A DNA stretch of 64,000 nucleotides from Candidatus Paceibacter sp. (GTDB lineage: Bacteria; Patescibacteriota; Patescibacteriia; Magasanikbacterales; UBA922), in contig DYFM01000006.1 in the NCBI GenBank assembly GCA_020725175.1, forward strand, positions 2,190 through 66,189. The letters are read 5' to 3'. Shown one piece after another: positions 49,013 through 58,666 of the stretch. The notes under the pieces are model-generated. The model was not told the origin of the DNA. It worked only from the letters and a program-made list of their open reading frames with translations, and searched no databases. Both the position numbers and the translations under genes were made by a program. How positions within the stretch are numbered: the first letter of the stretch is position 1; each line of letters opens with the position of its first letter.

Positions 49013-49041
49013 AAAAAACTCCTCGGCAACGAGGAGTTTTT
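49013..49041 (+). terminator. Intrinsic terminator AAAAAACTCCTCG-gcaa-CGAGGAGTTTTT
   Basis: Perfect 8-bp GC-containing stem, GNRA-like loop, T-run. Confidence 0.7.
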
Positions 49042-49052
49042 GAATTTCTATC

Positions 49053-49270
49053 TTCTAATGTCTAATTCCTAAAGAAGTATACAGCGGATTCAAAATTTTA
49101 ATTAATGTCCCCGTAGCAAGCTCCGGGAAATAAAACCCTATGCACGCCTGGAGCTGTGGGCGGATTTACATTTTAGCTTTTCTTTAATGAGGTGGTAGGT
49201 GTAATGCAGACTTATTCTAGGTTTTACATTAGGCTTTGTATTAGAAATTAAACATTAGACATTAGAAATT
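49053..49270. mobile_element. TIR-bounded MITE-like element carrying a partial GC-rich repeat (copy D, 49108-49168)
   Basis: TIRs TTCTAATGTCTAATTCCTAA / TTAGAAATTAAACATTAGACATTAGAAATT resemble those at 44033-44190; the core CCCCGTAGCAAGCTCCGGG..CACGCCTGGAGCTGTGGGCGGATTTACA matches the 3' half of copy A. Confidence 0.45.
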
Positions 49271-49288
49271 TCCTGTCTCCAATTTTTT

Positions 49289-50557
49289 CTATTCAAGTAG
49301 CCCTCGCAATTCTTCATCTGTAAAAATCTTCACGACCCCAAACACCCCATCGTATCCCGGATGTATGTCAATGTCTCCTTGCCGCATTTTTTCAATAGCT
49401 CGAGCGAGTACCGTTGAGCTTACGTTCTCCACATCTTCCAATGGTGCTTCGAGTACTACATAAAACTCATTTCCTAATTTCCTCAACAATTCTCGATACG
49501 CCGTCTGAACTTTTTTGGAACCTACTCCCACCTGAAACACATCCGCAATTATTTCCGGAAGCGGAACAATACTTTTGAATCGTGAAACATACTGCTTCGC
49601 TTCTTCATTTGTCCTGTCTCCAAGTTGAACCACCCGATTCAAAACACCGATGACGAGCGGTTTCTTGCACACCGGACAAATACCATGATACTTGGTAGTG
49701 TCTTCGGGAGAAAGTACTACGCTACAGGCGGCATGCCCATCGAGATGATACTTTCCTTCCTCTGGATAAAATTCAATTGTATAATCTATAGCTGAGGTTT
49801 TCTTGTTCAATCCACTCATGATCGTAGCATACGTAATGGATTCCTCAGAAGTAAATGTCATGACATTGGCTTCACGACCCAATTTTGCCGGACTATGTGC
49901 GTCAGAATTTGAAATCAAAGTTACTGAATCCAAAAATGAGCATCGTGCATTCATAAGCGGATCACTTGAGAGTCCTGTTTCAATTGCTGGAATGCATGGT
50001 GTAAGTTCATCAAACGCTTCCTCGAGACAATCATATCCACCTTTTGAACCAAGTATTCCAAACCACGGCGTCCACACATGAGCCGGCACCATGACCATTC
50101 GGTCATCAACTTCCAACATCACCTGCAGTAATTCTTTTGGAGTAAGCCCAATGATCGGTCGCCCATCAGAACGCAAATTAAACCCATCCACTTCAAGCCG
50201 TCGATTAAACTTTTCTACCACTTCAATATTAGGCGCAAACACCAACACATGCACCCGCCGCGTCTTCCCTTTATGTTTTTTGATACATGCAATTTCTGTC
50301 CCAAGAATGAAGCGTGTCTTACTCCCTCCCCTACCAGGGGAGGGCTGGAGAGGGGTCAACGTATACACCCCCTCTCTCACTTCCACCAAATTCTCCCGAA
50401 TATACTCAAACCACTTCGGATGCGTAAAATCCCCCGTCACCACAATATCAATTCCCCGCTGTTCACATGCCTCAGCAATTTTCGGCAAATCCAAATCCTT
50501 GGAGCAAGCGCGCGAGTATTTGGAGTGAATATGAAGGTCCAGGATTTTTTGGAGCAT
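49289..50557 (-). CDS. PHP-domain (polymerase/histidinol-phosphatase-like) metallophosphoesterase family protein
   Basis: N-terminal LDLHIHSKYSRACS PHP motif and further His/Asp metal ligands; 422 aa. Confidence 0.75.
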   Translation of the reverse strand: MLQKILDLHIHSKYSRACSKDLDLPKIAEACEQRGIDIVVTGDFTHPKWFEYIRENLVEVREGVYTLTPLQPSPGRGGSKTRFILGTEIACIKKHKGKTRRVHVLVFAPNIEVVEKFNRRLEVDGFNLRSDGRPIIGLTPKELLQVMLEVDDRMVMVPAHVWTPWFGILGSKGGYDCLEEAFDELTPCIPAIETGLSSDPLMNARCSFLDSVTLISNSDAHSPAKLGREANVMTFTSEESITYATIMSGLNKKTSAIDYTIEFYPEEGKYHLDGHAACSVVLSPEDTTKYHGICPVCKKPLVIGVLNRVVQLGDRTNEEAKQYVSRFKSIVPLPEIIADVFQVGVGSKKVQTAYRELLRKLGNEFYVVLEAPLEDVENVSSTVLARAIEKMRQGDIDIHPGYDGVFGVVKIFTDEELRGLLE

Positions 50558-50564
50558 AAATAGG

Positions 50565-50670
50565 TAATTTCCAAATAAAAAATTCCAATTTCCAATCTGC
50601 GTGATTTGATACTACCACATAATGATCGCTTTGGAAATTGGAAATTGAAATTTGGAATTTATTTACCAGC
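50565..50670. repeat. Intergenic inverted repeat AAATTCCAATTTCCAA ... TTGGAAATTGGAAATT
   Basis: 16-bp inverted repeats about 35 nt apart, made of GGAAAT / ATTTCC direct sub-repeats. Confidence 0.4.
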
Positions 50671-50840
50671 TCCTTTCCAAGCAAGTTCAAACATGAGGCG
50701 CATCATGTTGTGAGTAATATCATCTTCAAAATAAATTTCAAATTTTCATTCGTATCCTCCTACTACTAACACCCCAAAAAATCACTAGTGGATGTAGAAA
50801 GACATTCCGATCTTCCTTATTGAAAATTCTTGATAATAGG

Positions 50841-52114
50841 TCACTCCTCCTTCTTTGCGGGATAAAAACGAGTTTCTAATAATTCACACTTAACAAAACT
50901 ACATTCCCCGACAGGTGGCACATCATGATCGGAAGCTGTCTCTAAATAATAGTAAGAAATACCATTGTAATTGGTAAATGGACGCACCCCATTATATTTA
51001 CCTGGAACACCGACAGCTGCGTGTCTCCTATCATCTTCTGTGGCAATACTTAAATAAAGACAATCAATATGAACGGCATTGAGTAAGGAGATAGCCAACA
51101 TTGCAGATTCATTACACTGAGCATGTCCATTTAATAAAACGGCTTCTGGAGAAGCATTTCCGTCAGTGTTATTTGAATATTCTATTTCTTTTGAAACAAA
51201 TGTATGTATTTTTCTTACTTTACCTTCTACTATTCTCTCTCCTCCAACCACCGCCTCTGCTAATTCTTTTATAACTGAGGTTAACTTTATTTCTTTTTGA
51301 TCATAAGAGGGTAATTCATACTTTTCTTGATTATCAAGAACTTGTTGTATGGGAACTACGTAACTTTTTTTTCTCCATTAACATCAAGATGGACAGTAAC
51401 ATTCGGATCTTCTCTAAGCATGTTCGTAGGTATTTTAATAGTACCGCCAGCCTTAGGAGGAAGTATTAAATGATTCTTTATTCCAAAAATCCTATATGTT
51501 CGATCATACACCGCCCATCTCCCCTCTTTCTTTCTATATACACCAATTGTATATTCTTGGTTTTTTCCATGATACTTAACATCACGTATTTTATTATTTC
51601 CATCACGGATTATATCTATTTTTTCTCTATCAAGACTTACGCTTGTAAGAAGTTTCATGTTATTTACTACCAATTCAATAAGCTGTTCATCTGTTAAATC
51701 ATCTCGAAGATAATCTTGAATGTCAGCCCATGAACCTTCCTTTTCACCCTGCAGGTCTTTTTCAGTAAAATATGGCATTTTATCATACTTTTTTCTAGGA
51801 GCTTCCGAAAGAGGACCGATTGTCATTGGACCCAGTAGAGACAATGATAACTCAGAATCAGTAACTTGTACCGGCAAGAAATATGGTGAAATACATCTTA
51901 TTGCCGCTTTTGTTTCTAAGCCATTTCCTTCTATATTTTTTTTAATAAACGTAGTAAATTGTGTTTTACTATCATTTTCCTTTTGTTCAGGTTGTGATTC
52001 TATACCTGCTTTCACATATATCACTTTCACATCCCTTTTACACCCATTTCCTCCACCGAACACCAAAGAAGCAGCTGCCGCTGTAGTTGATAGTAGAAAT
52101 TGTCTTCTCGACAC
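50841..52114 (-). pseudogene. Tat-signal (SRRQFLL) transglutaminase-like cysteine-protease domain protein, split by a single-nucleotide frameshift in an A8 tract (plus-strand T8 at 51365-51372)
   Basis: ORFs 51356-52114 and 50841-51251 become one continuous reading frame if the A-run is A9 (or A6); downstream half carries the transglutaminase-core pattern GHAQCNESAMLAISLL...HAAVGV. Confidence 0.55.
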
Positions 52115-52168
52115 ATTTTTTCACAACTCATATATATCTATTACTTTTAATACCAAGGCAAACAATAA

Positions 52169-52894
52169 TTATCTCCCCACATACTCAATCTCTCCCTGAT
52201 CCAACCGTCGCAAACCAGCATCATTTGTCATTTCTTCATATATATGTGCCACCAGCCCTGGTACACGCGCAATAATAAACAACCCCTTCATGATCTGCCA
52301 ATCAAATCCCATGTCAGACAAAATCGCTGCCATTGAGCCATCGATATTGATTGGCAACGGCTTTGAAGATTGTTCATTCAGTGCATCGTGAACCGCAAGG
52401 GCAAATTCACAATGTTTTCCAAAAAAACCAACCTCACGTGCCATATCAAACAGAGCTTTGCTCCGATGATCAACTTTTAAAACAGCATGCCCATACCCCG
52501 GAATTCGTATTTTTTCTTGTTTAAACGTTTTTACCAAGCCCGCGACATGTTCTTCTCCAACATGAAACTGAAAAAACTTGGCCGCCCCTTCAATTGCCCC
52601 ACCATGTCGTTCACCCATCGCCAAGATGCCGGCAGCCAGCGACGTGTGGAGATTATTTTTTGCTGACGCCGTGATTCGGACCACTTGTCCAGAAGCGGTG
52701 CCAGGACCATGATCGATTGCAGCGGTAAACAATGCGTTTAACATCTTCGTTTCTTTTTCCGTCGGTAATTGCCCCCGCAAGATCAAAAAAATAGTCTCGA
52801 CAAAAGAATGATTTTTGATTAGTTCTTCGAGCGCATAACCGCGGATGAATTCGTGTTCGTTGACGATGTTGGTGATGGAGGTGGTGTATTTCAT
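52169..52894 (-). CDS. Citrate-synthase-family C-terminal-domain protein (citryl-CoA-lyase-like, 241 aa)
   Basis: Retains the three citrate-synthase catalytic positions (MGERHGGAIE, GYGHAVLKVDHRS, a downstream Asp) but lacks the N-terminal half of a full citrate synthase. Confidence 0.65.
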   Translation of the reverse strand: MKYTTSITNIVNEHEFIRGYALEELIKNHSFVETIFLILRGQLPTEKETKMLNALFTAAIDHGPGTASGQVVRITASAKNNLHTSLAAGILAMGERHGGAIEGAAKFFQFHVGEEHVAGLVKTFKQEKIRIPGYGHAVLKVDHRSKALFDMAREVGFFGKHCEFALAVHDALNEQSSKPLPINIDGSMAAILSDMGFDWQIMKGLFIIARVPGLVAHIYEEMTNDAGLRRLDQGEIEYVGR

Positions 52895-52914
52895 ATTTTT
52901 ATATCAATAACTAA

Positions 52915-53292
52915 CTAAACCTTATCCTTTAGACATTTAATACCCTTAATCAACTTATTCAACTCTTTTGCAATCTCATTTAGTGTTTGCAAGATTTTTA
53001 CAGAGATAGCATCCGATACTAAAGAACGTTTATTTGCCTGCTTTATCCAAAATTGCGATTCGTACAATGAGCCGCGGGCGTAATAATAGAATTTTACTTT
53101 ATCAGCATAGTGATATCGCCCAAATGCCTCAGCAATGTTTGCAGCAATTGAATCTACAGCCCTCGTCAATTGTTTTCCAATACTGTCCTTCTCAAAATAT
53201 TTCCACTTTACTATTTCATTCCAAACCACATCGGATACTTCTACCGAAGCAATATACACCGGCATATCTTGCAAGTAAAGTATTTCTTTCAT
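52915..53292 (-). CDS. Four-helix-bundle protein (TIGR02436 / rRNA intervening-sequence protein family)
   Basis: Characteristic length (about 125 aa) and helical pattern YASVEVSDVVWNEIVKW..QLTRAVDSIAANIAEAFGR..YYARGSLYE; start set at MKEILY. Confidence 0.65.
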   Translation of the reverse strand: MKEILYLQDMPVYIASVEVSDVVWNEIVKWKYFEKDSIGKQLTRAVDSIAANIAEAFGRYHYADKVKFYYYARGSLYESQFWIKQANKRSLVSDAISVKILQTLNEIAKELNKLIKGIKCLKDKV

Positions 53293-53365
53293 ACTATACC
53301 CGATACTGATATTAATATCGATATACAACGTATTAAACTGCTATAGCCTTGATATTTATTTTACC

Positions 53366-54262
53366 TTATGCAAAGGGTGCTACTAAAGTAACAAGATCTT
53401 CATATCGCTCTGCAATCATCACACCCACCTCTTTCAGTACAACTTCCTTCTCCTCGGCACTCTGCCCTCGCCCGACAATCGCCCCAGCATGACCGATGTT
53501 CATTCCTTCGGGAAATAAATTGGCAAATTTCCCACCGATGTAAATTGCGAGAGGTTTGGTAAATCCACCAGATTTAATCAAATCAACAATTTCAAATTCA
53601 TAACTACCACCATGTTCTCCAAAGATAACTACGGCTTTCGTATTTTCATCCTGCTCAAATTCTTTTAACAAATCAGCATACGTAGTGCCCATCAACAAAT
53701 CACCGCCCACATGTACCGCCGCACTTTGTCCCAGACCGGCTTTTCGAATTTGCCAGGCGACTTCATTGGTCATACCACCTGATCGAGAAATAAGACCAAT
53801 TGATCCCAGTTGAAATACCTGATCACAAAGTTCTTTTGGACCACCGACCACACCAATTCGTCCGACCCCCGGAACGATGAACCCAAGCGAGCTTGGTCCG
53901 ATGATGCGAATGTTTTTTTCTTTAGCGGCGGCGAGACAGTAAGCAGTATCTTTAATTGGAATACGTTCAACGATTACACTGATGAGTGGAATATCAGTAT
54001 CAATCGCTTCCAGAATTGCGGCTTTGGCAGCAAACGGTGGAACATAAACAGCGCTCACCGAAACATCTGGGTATTGTTGCTTCGCTTCTGTTACGGAATT
54101 AAACACCGGCTTTCCTTCTACTTCCTGTCCACCCTTACCCGGTGTTACCCCACATACAACATTTGTACCATACTCAAACATAGCCTTGGCAGCTTTTTGT
54201 CCTTCTTTACCGGTGATACCTTGGATAAGGACAGAAGTATGTTGTTGAAGAAGAAAACTCAT
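53366..54262 (-). CDS. sucD: Succinyl-CoA synthetase alpha-subunit-like protein (CoA-binding plus CoA-ligase domains)
   Basis: Collinear with E. coli SucD: VLIQGITGKEG, GVTPGKGG, SRSGGMTNEV, active-site GHAGAI. Start set at MSFLLQ; the upstream ORF extension is unsupported. Confidence 0.8.
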   Translation of the reverse strand: MSFLLQQHTSVLIQGITGKEGQKAAKAMFEYGTNVVCGVTPGKGGQEVEGKPVFNSVTEAKQQYPDVSVSAVYVPPFAAKAAILEAIDTDIPLISVIVERIPIKDTAYCLAAAKEKNIRIIGPSSLGFIVPGVGRIGVVGGPKELCDQVFQLGSIGLISRSGGMTNEVAWQIRKAGLGQSAAVHVGGDLLMGTTYADLLKEFEQDENTKAVVIFGEHGGSYEFEIVDLIKSGGFTKPLAIYIGGKFANLFPEGMNIGHAGAIVGRGQSAEEKEVVLKEVGVMIAERYEDLVTLVAPFA

Positions 54263-54738
54263 ATGGATGTAAATGCGCCAATAAAGACAGTAAACAAAAT
54301 TATTAGGGAAATAACAGTACTCACAAAAAACCAAACAGAAAAAATACCGTGCACAATACGGTACATTTGGACAGATTTTGATGAAACAAGAGCCAATAGC
54401 CAAAAAAATAGTACATAATATACCGCCGGAACCAGAAACAACCAAAAACTTTCGCCACCTGAAAAGATACTATCCACTACCCACAAAATGAACGTAGAAG
54501 GAAACATGGTGACAATCCACAAAACAATCACTGGCAGGGATGTGAGATAGCTCCAAACAGTATCAGGAATATTGGCAATACGTCCGAGATATATAAGAAA
54601 GGTAATAATGATCAATGCAAACAACAATAATGTTCCGTGAAGTCCAAGCCAAAAGAAGGCCATCTTTTTTCGCGAACGATGATATATGTTTTCTCCTTGC
54701 TCAGTGAAACCGAGAATTAGATTCAGAAGTTTTTTCAT
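54259..54738 (-). CDS. Hypothetical 4-TM membrane protein
   Basis: 159-aa hydrophobic ORF with no recognisable motif. Confidence 0.45.
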   Translation of the reverse strand: MKKLLNLILGFTEQGENIYHRSRKKMAFFWLGLHGTLLLFALIIITFLIYLGRIANIPDTVWSYLTSLPVIVLWIVTMFPSTFILWVVDSIFSGGESFWLFLVPAVYYVLFFWLLALVSSKSVQMYRIVHGIFSVWFFVSTVISLIILFTVFIGAFTSI

Positions 54739-54739
54739 A

Positions 54740-55009
54740 CTATATTTGTTGCAACAACTCTTGTTTCCTTTTTTTAGATATCTTCGTCCAATGTTTATTC
54801 GTCAAAGCACCCTCGATAGCCCACAATGCATTTAGAGATACTGATGGCACATGTGCTTTCAGTGCTTTATACGCTTCCACCACACCCACCTCTTTCAGAT
54901 CTTCTTTCGAAAAAATTCCGACATGGTTTAGCCAATGGCCGGTGGTTTTGCCGATGTTTTTGAGTTTGGTGACGGGAGTGGACATACAATCTAAAATGTA
55001 TAGATACAA
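54740..55009 (-). CDS. TfoX C-terminal-domain (helix-hairpin-helix) protein
   Basis: VTKLKNIGKTTGHWLNHVGIFSKEDLKEVGVVEAYKALK pattern of the TfoX_C family; 89 aa. Confidence 0.6.
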   Translation of the reverse strand: MYLYILDCMSTPVTKLKNIGKTTGHWLNHVGIFSKEDLKEVGVVEAYKALKAHVPSVSLNALWAIEGALTNKHWTKISKKRKQELLQQI

Positions 55010-55188
55010 AACAATAAACTAATGATCTTGTGGCAATAAATAACTGACCAACCAACCGACTAGTGTGTTAAGTAATCAGTACTGAACAATACCAGAAAAA
55101 GCAACAAAAGTCATTTCGACACCCAGTGACTCATAAAACACCAAAAACCCCTACCTAAGCTTATTTTCAAAGCATCTTTTTACTTTTT

Positions 55189-57417
55189 CTATCTTTTTTT
55201 TGATTGCTTCTTAGGTTTAACCACAGGATCACCTATTGACCTTGACCGACGATATTCTTGAATTAACGTCATGTTTTTTAACATATATGTATACACATCT
55301 GTATACGAACCATTCCTAAAACCAAAATTAAAATTATAGCTTGATAATGGATTTGCAGTATGTTCAAAAGCCGCAGATTCGGCTTCAAACCCAAAAGCTG
55401 TATATTCAGATGGAACACCGTATGTACTAAGTTTTGAGTTTTTTATTTGGGGAGTCGTCATCCAAACCCTATCATATGAATCTCTAAAAAAAAGATATTC
55501 CAATGTACTGTCTTTTGATGGTATACACTCTACCTCGACTGGACCATAGTATAAAGGCGCGTCGATAGACATTTTTTTACCAGCTTTTGAAAAATCTGGT
55601 TTCATTTCTTGGGTAATTTGTCTTACATCATAATTTGACCTAAATCCAGGCTCAATATATTGATATCTCAATTTTGTTTTATTTGAGAATCTCATATCGG
55701 ATGTCCTCTTATCCCCCAACTCTTCGGTCAAATCCTCATAACCAAAAACCCTGTCATGCTCAGGAGCTAGTTTTTTAATTCCATCTGACTGTTTTTCAAT
55801 CGTCCATAAGGAAAACTGTACATCAAAGGGAAGATTAATATCATGCTCTCCATCCCCTTTCCCATGCCACGTTATTTTTCCATTCTCCTGTGAATGGTAT
55901 GGCAAAATTCTCCATACGAGGTGTGATGTACTTTTATATATTCCTCTACCATACACTTTTTTTCCCACTTGCACATACATTATCCTCCAAATATGATCTG
56001 ACTTCCCCCCACTATAACAATCTGAAAAGTATAGTGTGACTCCATCTTTCTCACATTTATACACTGGTAATAAGCCCATTTCCTCTAAATGTTCAGTAGA
56101 TATACGGTCACTATCAAATTTTGCACTTCTTAGCAACCATTTTGCTTTTTTAGGATCCACCTTCTCAAATCCATTCATATCCACGCCATCATATTCCACA
56201 TTAGCCCTGTTCTTTTCATATTCCACCGGAGGACGAATAAGGAATACTTGATCATAACCACGATCGTCGCCTACTTCTACTCGTAGTTTTTTCTTTTCTC
56301 CATCAGAAAAATATATATCATTTCCACTAAAAGAAATTCTCGGGTTAAAGCTCACACCTATCTGCTTTCCACCAGAATAATATGACGCTTTAAAACCTTT
56401 TTTTTGCCTCCATATTTTAAAATAAGAAGGTTCTTCGCCATTTGTTATTGCGTCAAACAAGACATATATTTTTAAATAACTTCCTGGTATTAATAACTCT
56501 TCGGGTATATTTATTTTATCTCGTTTATTCATGGATCTACCTTCTCTTCCTCTAATCTCCCGATATAATTGTTGTTTTCTCACCCAAAATTCATTCCTTC
56601 TCTTTTCTAATCCACTGAATAACCACGGTGGTAAAGGTTGTTCTTTATGTCTATGATCAATCATATATCCAAATTGTGGAGACTTAGCTATCCTCTCAAT
56701 AACTTTTTGTTTTTTCTCATTGTCAATTTGTTCATTATTAGAAAATGAACTCAATATCCTAGTAAAAATATTAATATCTAGATCTGGCAAATGTAAAAAA
56801 GAATCTATAGCTTGGGCCAAAAATTTACTCATCACATCGCTACTGACTGTTCCTCCACCTTGATTCATATCACGTGATTCTAATAAAAAATACAAATTTT
56901 CACAATTCATTAAAACAATTTTTGCATTTGTATCTGTTAAACTTTCGGTCTGATTCAAATTAATAAAGGTTTCGATATTATCCAAACTTTTTTTGATTAG
57001 ATCAATACCAGATTGTTCAAAAGAAATAAATTCTAATAGTCTTTTCAGCAAGAGCAGGTTTCCGTCTGGACTTCTTTGCGCTAACGAACTCGAATTCCCT
57101 TTTTTATGGTTTGCAAACTCATAAGATAGAATTAAACCATTTATTTCACGACTCTTGCCATATCTCAACTTGTTGTTATAAAAATCATCAACCGCAGATG
57201 TCTTATCTTCCGGAGAAACACTATCATTATTTAAAATTGCCACAACGTCACTGTATCCGGTTTCTAATTCTCTTAAGTATTCTTTATTTTCAGGTGATAC
57301 CTCTGATTGAGAAATGCTCTTTACCAAATCTGCAAAAGAACCATTAAAATTAACTCCTCTAAATTTTTTTTCAAGTTCTTCACTCATAATATTTTTTATT
57401 AAAAAATTTTTATACAT
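55189..57417 (-). CDS. Large hypothetical protein (742 aa), no recognisable domain, apparently cytoplasmic
   Basis: Long uninterrupted ORF with host-like composition; overlaps the SucC-like gene by 8 nt, which suggests translational coupling. Confidence 0.5.
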   Translation of the reverse strand: MYKNFLIKNIMSEELEKKFRGVNFNGSFADLVKSISQSEVSPENKEYLRELETGYSDVVAILNNDSVSPEDKTSAVDDFYNNKLRYGKSREINGLILSYEFANHKKGNSSSLAQRSPDGNLLLLKRLLEFISFEQSGIDLIKKSLDNIETFINLNQTESLTDTNAKIVLMNCENLYFLLESRDMNQGGGTVSSDVMSKFLAQAIDSFLHLPDLDINIFTRILSSFSNNEQIDNEKKQKVIERIAKSPQFGYMIDHRHKEQPLPPWLFSGLEKRRNEFWVRKQQLYREIRGREGRSMNKRDKINIPEELLIPGSYLKIYVLFDAITNGEEPSYFKIWRQKKGFKASYYSGGKQIGVSFNPRISFSGNDIYFSDGEKKKLRVEVGDDRGYDQVFLIRPPVEYEKNRANVEYDGVDMNGFEKVDPKKAKWLLRSAKFDSDRISTEHLEEMGLLPVYKCEKDGVTLYFSDCYSGGKSDHIWRIMYVQVGKKVYGRGIYKSTSHLVWRILPYHSQENGKITWHGKGDGEHDINLPFDVQFSLWTIEKQSDGIKKLAPEHDRVFGYEDLTEELGDKRTSDMRFSNKTKLRYQYIEPGFRSNYDVRQITQEMKPDFSKAGKKMSIDAPLYYGPVEVECIPSKDSTLEYLFFRDSYDRVWMTTPQIKNSKLSTYGVPSEYTAFGFEAESAAFEHTANPLSSYNFNFGFRNGSYTDVYTYMLKNMTLIQEYRRSRSIGDPVVKPKKQSKKR

Positions 57418-58633
57418 TAATTATATTTGTAAGTACTTTCACACTCTCACTCATACTCATTTCCTTCCCAAACAATTTCATATTCAACCCATTCCGTTTA
57501 GCACATTCTCGCATCAATTTCATTCCTTCCTCTTCATAAGGACCAGCTCGACGGACCACAATCGGATACGCCGGCTTCAATTCATCGAGTGCGTCAACTA
57601 TGCCATGGAAAGTTTCTTCAATATTCGTAAAGTTGGCCACACCACCGGCAACCCAAAGTCCTCGCAACCCGGGTTTTGACAGTACAATTTTTGCAAGTTG
57701 ATACACTTTTTCGCGCGGAGGATTTCCGGAATATTCGGTATAATTTGCCGGTTGCAAACCTTCTTTTATGAGCGCATCCATGTTGGCAATACTGGCACCG
57801 CCTCCGGAAAACAAAATTGCAATATCACCGTCCATTTCTATGTATTTACCGGCAGTTCCTCGATAATAACCTTCACCCTCGTCTATCTTCTTCACCGCCA
57901 ATTCTCTTTCCGTCGGTAAGCGACCCAACATCGTGCGAGGTTCAAATTCATCCCATTTAGTGATACTAGCAGGATCAAGTCCTTTTTCTTTAGCTTTTTC
58001 TTGTGCTTCTGTGGAATGACGATAAAACGCATCATCATCAAGCGCAACTTTAGCATCAGCTGCTACCCACTGCCCATCACTCGTTTTAACCAATGGGTTA
58101 ATCTCTACCAGACGAGCATCTTCTGAAAAGAAACAGCTCCAGAGATTCTGAATGATATTGATATCGATATTAATATCAATATCAGTTAGTAATTTTACTT
58201 CTTTTGTCCGAACGTCTAATGGTAATTTTATAATCTTTGAACTTGCAACGTCTTCAATATCCATCCCACCTTCACTCGAATACACCAACACCGGCTGTTT
58301 CGTATTTGTATCGTAAATAATTGATAAATAATGTTCTTCGGCAATAGAAAGTTTTTCTTCAATTCGAACGACCGCGACATACTGTCCTTTAATTTGAATA
58401 CCAAACAATTCATTGACCGCTTTTTCAACTTCTTCAGCAGTTGAACAAAATCGAATACCATTATTTTTTCCCCGTTTACCTGAGAGAACTTGTGCTTTTA
58501 CCACCACCTCTTCTCTATTTAATTGTGCATAGGTAGCGACAATATCATCACCACGACGAACCACAACTCCGTGTGGAATTGCTATACCATGTTTTTGGAA
58601 GAGTTTTTTGCCTTCGAATTCATAAAGGTTCAT
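57410..58633 (-). CDS. sucC: Succinyl-CoA synthetase beta-subunit-like protein (ATP-grasp plus CoA-ligase domains)
   Basis: MNLYEFEGKKLFQKHGI N-terminus collinear with SucC; C-terminal GGGASIANMD...AGGVANF ligase domain. Confidence 0.8.
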   Translation of the reverse strand: MNLYEFEGKKLFQKHGIAIPHGVVVRRGDDIVATYAQLNREEVVVKAQVLSGKRGKNNGIRFCSTAEEVEKAVNELFGIQIKGQYVAVVRIEEKLSIAEEHYLSIIYDTNTKQPVLVYSSEGGMDIEDVASSKIIKLPLDVRTKEVKLLTDIDINIDINIIQNLWSCFFSEDARLVEINPLVKTSDGQWVAADAKVALDDDAFYRHSTEAQEKAKEKGLDPASITKWDEFEPRTMLGRLPTERELAVKKIDEGEGYYRGTAGKYIEMDGDIAILFSGGGASIANMDALIKEGLQPANYTEYSGNPPREKVYQLAKIVLSKPGLRGLWVAGGVANFTNIEETFHGIVDALDELKPAYPIVVRRAGPYEEEGMKLMRECAKRNGLNMKLFGKEMSMSESVKVLTNIINV

Positions 58634-58666
58634 AGAGGTTTATGGAGTATACTATTTTACTATTGG

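Noticed and set aside
53366-54445. Long upstream ORF extensions of the sucD-like and second iPGM genes (22142-23842) and of RluA (59925-60635)
   Set aside because: The extensions run through repeat elements or Cys-rich low-complexity sequence and precede the conserved family N-termini. Internal Met starts match the homologues.
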